Assembly (NCBI RefSeq): GCF_936981045.1 | Contig: NZ_OW441264.1 | Location: 180,001 to 212,000 of the forward strand | From: Candidatus Saccharimonadota bacterium | Lineage (GTDB): Bacteria; Bacteroidota; Bacteroidia; Cytophagales; Amoebophilaceae | Direction: 5' to 3' | DNA: 32,000 nt | Shown here: positions 27,136 to 32,000 of the stretch, one piece after another | How positions within the stretch are numbered: the first letter of the stretch is position 1 | How the letters are laid out: each line of letters opens with the position of its first letter | The notes under the pieces: generated by a model | Database searches by the model: none | What the model was told of the DNA's origin: nothing | What the model saw: only the letters and a program-made list of their open reading frames with translations | Position numbers and translations under genes: made by a program

Positions 27136-27906
27136 ATGGCATTGGACCCAATAAGTATCAAAGAAGAAGCAACTTTTTTAGATACAGTTAAACAGAAAAA
27201 AGGCGTTAATCTGGATGCAGTTATCGATGCACTGCAATTGATTAAAGTCTATTATGCCACACAAAGAAGAAAAACAGGCGAGCTATTTTACTTGCATCCC
27301 ATGGCGGTAGCTTCTATTTTATTGACTATAAACATGAGTTCGGGATTTATTTGACTGATTTACAACAATTTAATATCAATTATTTAGTTAATATTTGCAC
27401 CTATTTAACAAGTTTTTATATCTAATTTTATAAATATAATATATATAATAAACTGATTACCAGAATTATTTGTTATTAAACTACCTATTTAACTGTCTAA
27501 TAAAACAAATTTTATAAATTTTCATTAATATTGATTATCAAATGAAAAAATAATCTAATCCCGAACTCACGTTATAACGGAAGATTCTAGTGTGATTATT
27601 GCTGGTTTAGTCCATGATATAGTAGAAAATACGCCTTTTACAGAAGCAGGCTTAACGACCCTATTTGGCGCTTGTATTACACAGATTGTATGGGCTGCAG
27701 CGCGCTTAGAAAAAGAACTACCCAGCCAAAAAGCTGATAATGCAAGAACCATTTCTGGCCACACTGTAGAAAAACAGATAGAAAAAGTAAGGTTAATCCA
27801 AAAATTTTATATACCACTAGCAGCGCAATTGCAACTAGTCGATATAACCCATGAATTGCAGTTACATACTGAAAAGGTTTTAAATCTAGCTATGCTAAAG
27901 GATTAG
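27136..27906 (+). pseudogene. RelA/SpoT-homologue (RSH) HD-domain fragment, split by a MITE and internally deleted
   Basis: Upstream of the MITE: QRRKTGELFYLHPMAVASILL. Downstream: IIAGLVHDIVENTPFTEAGLTTLFG...IVWAAARLEK. Removing 27332-27576 (MITE plus one TATAA) restores the frame (...ILLTITEDSSVIIAGLVHD...). The DIRV..KLADRLHNM segment and the whole synthetase/TGS/ACT part are absent. Confidence 0.7.
27332..27572 (-). mobile_element. MITE copy 5 (241 bp, inverted) with a perfect 5-bp target duplication
   Basis: Termini are ACATGAGTTCGGGATT ... AATCCCGAACTCACGT. TATAA occurs at 27327-27331 and 27573-27577. Confidence 0.88.
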
Positions 27907-28005
27907 TGGTTTATTGTAAACCATTCATTAATATAATGGATGATCCACGAAATGATTGTATTTTGCAACATATAATATTAGGGTCATTCGGTAGCGTTTT
28001 GTATT

Positions 28006-28752
28006 ATGCATCTAAAAGGGAAAAAAATATTTATTACAGGTGCTTCACGGGGCATTGGGAAAGCGATTGCACTTAAATTAGCAGAAGCAGGAGGCGATAT
28101 TGCTTTTACCTATTTCGAATCTGATTTGGAAGCAGTACAAGCTACAGAAGCGGCATTACGCGCCTTTGGTGTAGAGGTAAAGAGCATTCATGCAGATGCC
28201 TCTGACTTTAATGCTACCCATAAAGTAGTAGAGGATGTGGTAGAGGCATTTGGTGGATTAGATGTGTTGATTAACAATGCGGGTATCACTAGAGACAATT
28301 TACTACTACGCATGTCAGAAGCTGATTGGGATGTGGTATTGAATGTGAATTTAAAATCTGTTTTTAACACAGTGAAAGCATCTATAAAAACCTTTCTCAA
28401 GCAGCGCAGTGGTTCTATTATCAATATAGCCTCTATTGTAGGCATTAGGGGCCATACCGGACAAGCAAATTATGCTGCTTCCAAGGCTGGTATGATTGGT
28501 TTTACCAAATCCATTGCTTTAGAGCTAGGAAGTAGAAACATACGTGCCAATATTGTTGCTCCAGGCTTTATAGCAACTGCTATGACAGATCAACTTGAGA
28601 AATCACTACAGAAAGAATGGATGCAAAAGATTCCGCTTAAGCGCGTGGGGCTTTCAGAAGATGTAGCCAATTGTGTACGCTTTTTAGCTTCCGATGCGTC
28701 AAGTTATATTACAGGGCAGGTCATTCAGGTTGATGGTGGTTTGCTTACATAG
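28006..28752 (+). CDS. fabG: 3-oxoacyl-[acyl-carrier-protein] reductase
   Basis: 248-aa SDR with TGASRGIGKAIA, NNAGITRDNLLLRMSEADWD, the YAASKAG catalytic motif and a PGFIAT...M end, all typical of FabG. Confidence 0.9.
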   Translation: MHLKGKKIFITGASRGIGKAIALKLAEAGGDIAFTYFESDLEAVQATEAALRAFGVEVKSIHADASDFNATHKVVEDVVEAFGGLDVLINNAGITRDNLLLRMSEADWDVVLNVNLKSVFNTVKASIKTFLKQRSGSIINIASIVGIRGHTGQANYAASKAGMIGFTKSIALELGSRNIRANIVAPGFIATAMTDQLEKSLQKEWMQKIPLKRVGLSEDVANCVRFLASDASSYITGQVIQVDGGLLT

Positions 28753-29626
28753 CACCAATGGATAGTGCAGCAGCTATTTTTCGGGTTAACCCTTGTAAAA
28801 CAGTTCCTGGGCCACATTCAATGCATTCAGTAATACCATCTTCCACCATATGGCAAATCGTTTTAGTCCAAAAAACAGGTGCAATCAACTGTTGCAGTAA
28901 GTTGGCCTTGATGGTTTGGGGATTGGTCACAGGCTGTCCGGTAACATTTTGATAAATGGGGCAGATCCCCTTAGAAAAGGGAATAGAGGAGAGTACCTCT
29001 GCAAAACTTTCCTGAGCATGCGCCATCAGCGGAGAATGAAATCCTCCTTCTACTTGCAATGGTATGACTTTCCGCGCACCCGATTTGATTAAAGCTTCTA
29101 CAGCCAACGCCACGCCTGACTGGCTTCCAGAGATAACCAATTGGCCTGGACAATTATAATTAGCTGGTACAACGATTTCTTGTGTAATCTTTGCGCAAAT
29201 TTCTTCAACTACTTCATCCCTTAGACCGAGTACAGCGGCCATTGTACCAGGGCAAAGCTGACAGGCTTTTTGCATAGCTTTAGAGCGGACGGCTACCAAA
29301 TGCAACCCATCTTCAAATGGAATCACTTCACTGGCCACTAAGGCCGCTATTTCACCTAAAGAATGGCCCGCTACAGCTGCTGGATGAAACGCATCACTCA
29401 CAAAAGCAGTAACAACCGAATGTAAAAAAATAGCAGGTTGCGCAACTGCAGTTGCTTTTAATGCTTCCTGAGAACCTTCTAGCATCATTTGCGTCAGATC
29501 CATATCTAAAATTCGATCAGCTGTTTCGAACATTTGACGTGCTGATCTGCTATGGTGATAGAGCACTTTGCCCATTCCTACATATTGACTCCCTTGACCA
29601 GGAAATAAATAGCCTTTCACAGGCAT
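28745..29626 (-). CDS. fabD: Malonyl-CoA:ACP transacylase
   Basis: 293 aa with FPGQGSQYVGMG, the active-site GHSLGE and a later GGFHSPLM. Confidence 0.9.
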   Translation of the reverse strand: MPVKGYLFPGQGSQYVGMGKVLYHHSRSARQMFETADRILDMDLTQMMLEGSQEALKATAVAQPAIFLHSVVTAFVSDAFHPAAVAGHSLGEIAALVASEVIPFEDGLHLVAVRSKAMQKACQLCPGTMAAVLGLRDEVVEEICAKITQEIVVPANYNCPGQLVISGSQSGVALAVEALIKSGARKVIPLQVEGGFHSPLMAHAQESFAEVLSSIPFSKGICPIYQNVTGQPVTNPQTIKANLLQQLIAPVFWTKTICHMVEDGITECIECGPGTVLQGLTRKIAAALSIGAM

Positions 29627-29721
29627 AAATTTAAATTTGTAATGTAACCCATAGTTGCTATATAATTTTTATATATTGAAAGTCTGTTTATAACTTATGT
29701 AGCGGACTGTACATATTACGA

Positions 29722-29796
29722 AAAAGCACGCGCCTTGTAAAAATTTGCAATTAGAAAGCGCAGCTTTCAGCAGCCTTTTATAAGGCGCGTGCTTTT
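29722..29796. repeat. Family R repeat, copy g (short form): 21-bp stem hairpin resembling a bidirectional terminator
   Basis: AAAAGCACGCGCCTTGTAAAA (29722-29742) pairs with TTTTATAAGGCGCGTGCTTTT (29776-29796) with one G-T pair. The loop holds an inner stem GAAAGC/GCTTTC. T-runs follow on both strands. The sequence aligns with the R arms. Confidence 0.6.
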
Positions 29797-30047
29797 ATTT
29801 TTTGCCCAGCATGTACATAAATATATAGTTTAGGTTTATAACGTACTACTAACCTAGCTACTATTTTTCTTTGTTCGTTAATTTTTATATATTTGAGTCA
29901 CACGCACCCTGGATGTGGTGGGGTTTTAAGGTGGATCGCTTGATCCGGCTTAGATTTTTATTTAAACTTGCCCTCTCGCTATATATCCTTTCTGGTTTTT
30001 TTTGCTAGTTTTGGAGCGATCGAGTGGGTACGATTAATGTTTAAGTG

Positions 30048-30680
30048 ATGATTGGAATCATAGGAAAGAAGATTGGGATGACCAGTCTTTATGATAGTAA
30101 AGGTCAAAAGAAGGCATGTACCGTTATTCAAGGAGGTCCTTGTGTGGTGACACAGCTTAGAACAAAACCTATAGATGGGTATCAGGCGGTTCAGTTGTCT
30201 TATGGCCATAAAAAAGAAAAGAATACGGTTAAGCCCCTTATAGGCCACTTTGCCAAAGCTGCTACTACCCCCAAGCGAAAACAAGTTGAGTTTAGGTGTG
30301 ATGATGAGGAGTTGTTCCAGCAGATGGTATTGGGTCAGGTGATGCGTATAGAAGATGTTTTTCAGGAGGGTGAGTTTATAGATGTGGTGGGCACATCCAA
30401 GGGTAAGGGCTTCCAAGGTGTTGTAAAGCGACATGGTTTTAGTGGGGTAGGCGGACGTTCCCATGGTCAACACAATCGAGAAAGGGCACCCGGTTCTGTT
30501 GGTGCGGCTTCTTTTCCATCCCGTGTATTCAAGGGAATGCGTATGGCTGGAAGAACAGGTGGCCATAGGGTTAAAGTGGCAAACCTTCAAGTGATCAAGG
30601 TGTTGCCAGAAAAAGATCTGATCGTACTCCATGGAGCAGTCCCTGGTGCAAATAATGGTTATGTAATTTTGGAGAAGTAA
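30048..30680 (+). CDS. rplC: 50S ribosomal protein L3
   Basis: [15 protein letters not shown]..., later [12 protein letters not shown], typical of L3. ATG 30048 was preferred over GTG 30045. Confidence 0.93.
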   Translation: MIGIIGKKIGMTSLYDSKGQKKACTVIQGGPCVVTQLRTKPIDGYQAVQLSYGHKKEKNTVKPLIGHFAKAATTPKRKQVEFRCDDEELFQQMVLGQVMRIEDVFQEGEFIDVVGTSKGKGFQGVVKRHGFSGVGGRSHGQHNRERAPGSVGAASFPSRVFKGMRMAGRTGGHRVKVANLQVIKVLPEKDLIVLHGAVPGANNGYVILEK

Positions 30681-30681
30681 A

Positions 30682-31311
30682 ATGAACCTATCAGTATTAA
30701 AATATACAGGGGAAGAGGCGGGTCGTTCTATTGTATTGCCAGAGGAGGTTTTTGGTATTGAACCAAATGATCATGCTGTTTATCTGGATGTAAAGTCTAT
30801 TCTGGCCGGTCAGCGTCAAGGGACCCATCAGGCAAAGGAGCGTGGTGCAGTAAGTGGTTCTAGAAGAAAAATTAAGAGACAAAAAGGTACAGGTACGGCT
30901 AGGGCTGGTGACATCAAGTCGCCTCTGTTCAGAGGAGGAGGTCGTATTTTTGGTCCAAAACCAAGGGATTATAGTTTTAAATTGAATCGTAAGGTAAAAA
31001 AATTAGCCAGAAAATCTGCATTTACCTATAAAGCTAAGGCAAACCATATCTCCATTTTAGAGCCCTTTTCTTTTGATGCACCAAAAACAAAAAATTACTT
31101 AGGCATGCTACAAAACTTGTCTTTTTTTGATGAAAAGACATTATTGATCTTACCCAACGCAGACAAAAATATTGTGCTATCCAGTAGAAATATCAAGCAA
31201 ACAAAGGTGCTTTGTGTGGATCACGTCAATACCTATGACCTGTTGCATGCAAAAAAATTGTTGATTATGGAGAATGCAATAGCACCTATAGTAGAAAAAT
31301 TGACTCAATAA
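30682..31311 (+). CDS. rplD: 50S ribosomal protein L4
   Basis: 209 aa with KRQKGTGTARAGDIKSPLFRGGGRIFGPKPRDY, typical of L4. It follows rplC with a 1-nt spacer. Confidence 0.93.
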   Translation: MNLSVLKYTGEEAGRSIVLPEEVFGIEPNDHAVYLDVKSILAGQRQGTHQAKERGAVSGSRRKIKRQKGTGTARAGDIKSPLFRGGGRIFGPKPRDYSFKLNRKVKKLARKSAFTYKAKANHISILEPFSFDAPKTKNYLGMLQNLSFFDEKTLLILPNADKNIVLSSRNIKQTKVLCVDHVNTYDLLHAKKLLIMENAIAPIVEKLTQ

Positions 31312-31314
31312 CAG

Positions 31315-31602
31315 ATGAGCATCCTAAAGAAACCTTTGGTAACCGAAAAAGTATCGGCACTTAATAAGTATGGTGTGTATGGTCTAATTGTAGATAGTCG
31401 TGTAGATAAGCACCAGATACGAAAAGAAATCGAACGCTTTTATGGCGTTACAGTGGATAAAATTAATACCATGCGTTATGCTGGTAAACCCATAACGCGG
31501 TATACCAAGTCCTGCGTAATGAAAGGGAAAAGGCCTTCCTATAAGAAAGTACTTGTAACGCTTAAGGCAGGGGATGTTATAGATTTTTATAGTAATTTCT
31601 AA
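31315..31602 (+). CDS. rplW: 50S ribosomal protein L23
   Basis: 95 aa beginning ILKKPLVTEKVS. The position between rplD and rplB fits L23. Confidence 0.9.
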   Translation: MSILKKPLVTEKVSALNKYGVYGLIVDSRVDKHQIRKEIERFYGVTVDKINTMRYAGKPITRYTKSCVMKGKRPSYKKVLVTLKAGDVIDFYSNF

Positions 31603-31642
31603 CCTTTTGCATTGAATTTTATAGCTGTTAGTTGATCTAGTT

Positions 31643-32000
31643 ATGCCATTAAAGAAACTTAATCCAACCACCCCCGGTCAGCGTTTTAGAATAGCGCCAG
31701 ATTTTTCTACCGTTATTACGGCTCGTAAACCGGAGAAGTCACTCTTAGTGAAGACCAAGCGCACAGGTGGTCGGAATAATCGAGGTAGAATCACCGTTCC
31801 GCATAGAGGGGGTGGACATAAGCGCCGTGCCCGTCTTATTGATTTCAAGAGAAGGAAATTTGGTATTCTTGCATTTGTGCACGCTATTGAGTATGATCCT
31901 ATGCGTACGGCATACATAGCCCTATTGCATTATGTAGATGGTGAAAAAAGCTACATTATAGCACCGGAAGGGCTTAAGGTTGGGGCTAAGGTTGTAGCAG
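31643..32000 (+). CDS. rplB: 50S ribosomal protein L2, N-terminal part (runs off the window)
   Basis: Translation from ATG 31643 gives [70 protein letters not shown], canonical L2. The ORF was not in the track because it is open at the window edge. Confidence 0.9.
   Translation, partial: MPLKKLNPTTPGQRFRIAPDFSTVITARKPEKSLLVKTKRTGGRNNRGRITVPHRGGGHKRRARLIDFKRRKFGILAFVHAIEYDPMRTAYIALLHYVDGEKSYIIAPEGLKVGAKVVA

Noticed and set aside
43-27572. Could the recurring AT-rich 240-bp units be a CRISPR array or another tandem array?
   Set aside because: The copies are dispersed over the window, far larger than CRISPR repeats, and occur in both orientations. They have terminal inverted repeats and target duplications, so they are transposable elements.
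29870-29895. Bacteroidota-type promoter upstream of rplC: TAnnTTTG match TATATTTG at 29888-29895 with TTTG at 29870-29873. A 7/8 match also lies upstream of nusA at 655-662.
   Set aside because: The spacing between the two boxes (14 nt) is shorter than expected. Such AT-rich octamers arise easily by chance in this sequence, so the support is too weak to list as a feature.
29979-30632. 217-aa minus-strand ORF opposite rplC, and similar ORFs opposite rplD, rplW and rplB (30697-30882, 31384-31671, 31678-31917).
   Set aside because: They are antisense to canonical ribosomal protein genes and have no motifs of their own.

Overview
AT-rich Bacteroidota-type chromosomal segment. The heavy IS load suggests an obligate intracellular symbiont of the Amoebophilus/Cardinium kind; this taxon call is an inference from gene content, not a search result. 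Housekeeping backbone: nusA-infB and rluD on the plus strand. On the minus strand there is an 8-gene block: SPOR protein, exbB-exbD-tonB, then gldK-gldL-gldM-gldN (T9SS core). After that come ssrA (tmRNA), rimM, rpmH-rnpA, convergent fabG/fabD, and the start of rplC-rplD-rplW-rplB. Mobile and repeat content: (1) An IS graveyard at 6705-13571 holds an IS6-family element, an IS256-family element inserted into a second IS6-like remnant, and two inverted IS982-family copies. Every transposase is broken by in-frame stops or a frameshift. An intact AAA-ATPase/PD-(D/E)xK gene sits between these elements. (2) A 240-bp MITE occurs in 5 copies. Its termini match the IS982-like element, and two copies have perfect 5-bp target duplications. 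One copy splits a RelA/SpoT HD-domain gene and one sits exactly on the rimM stop codon. (3) A second, unrelated repeat family of about 190 bp forms long hairpins (called family R here). At least 7 copies occupy intergenic regions, bracket ssrA and a small ORF, and lie at synteny breaks. Other points: the tmRNA tag frame is unusually long and acidic; a sensor kinase and the RSH gene are decaying; a yidD remnant may follow rnpA. No CRISPR array, rRNA or canonical tRNA gene was seen. All family calls come from motif recognition by eye, because no database search could be run.
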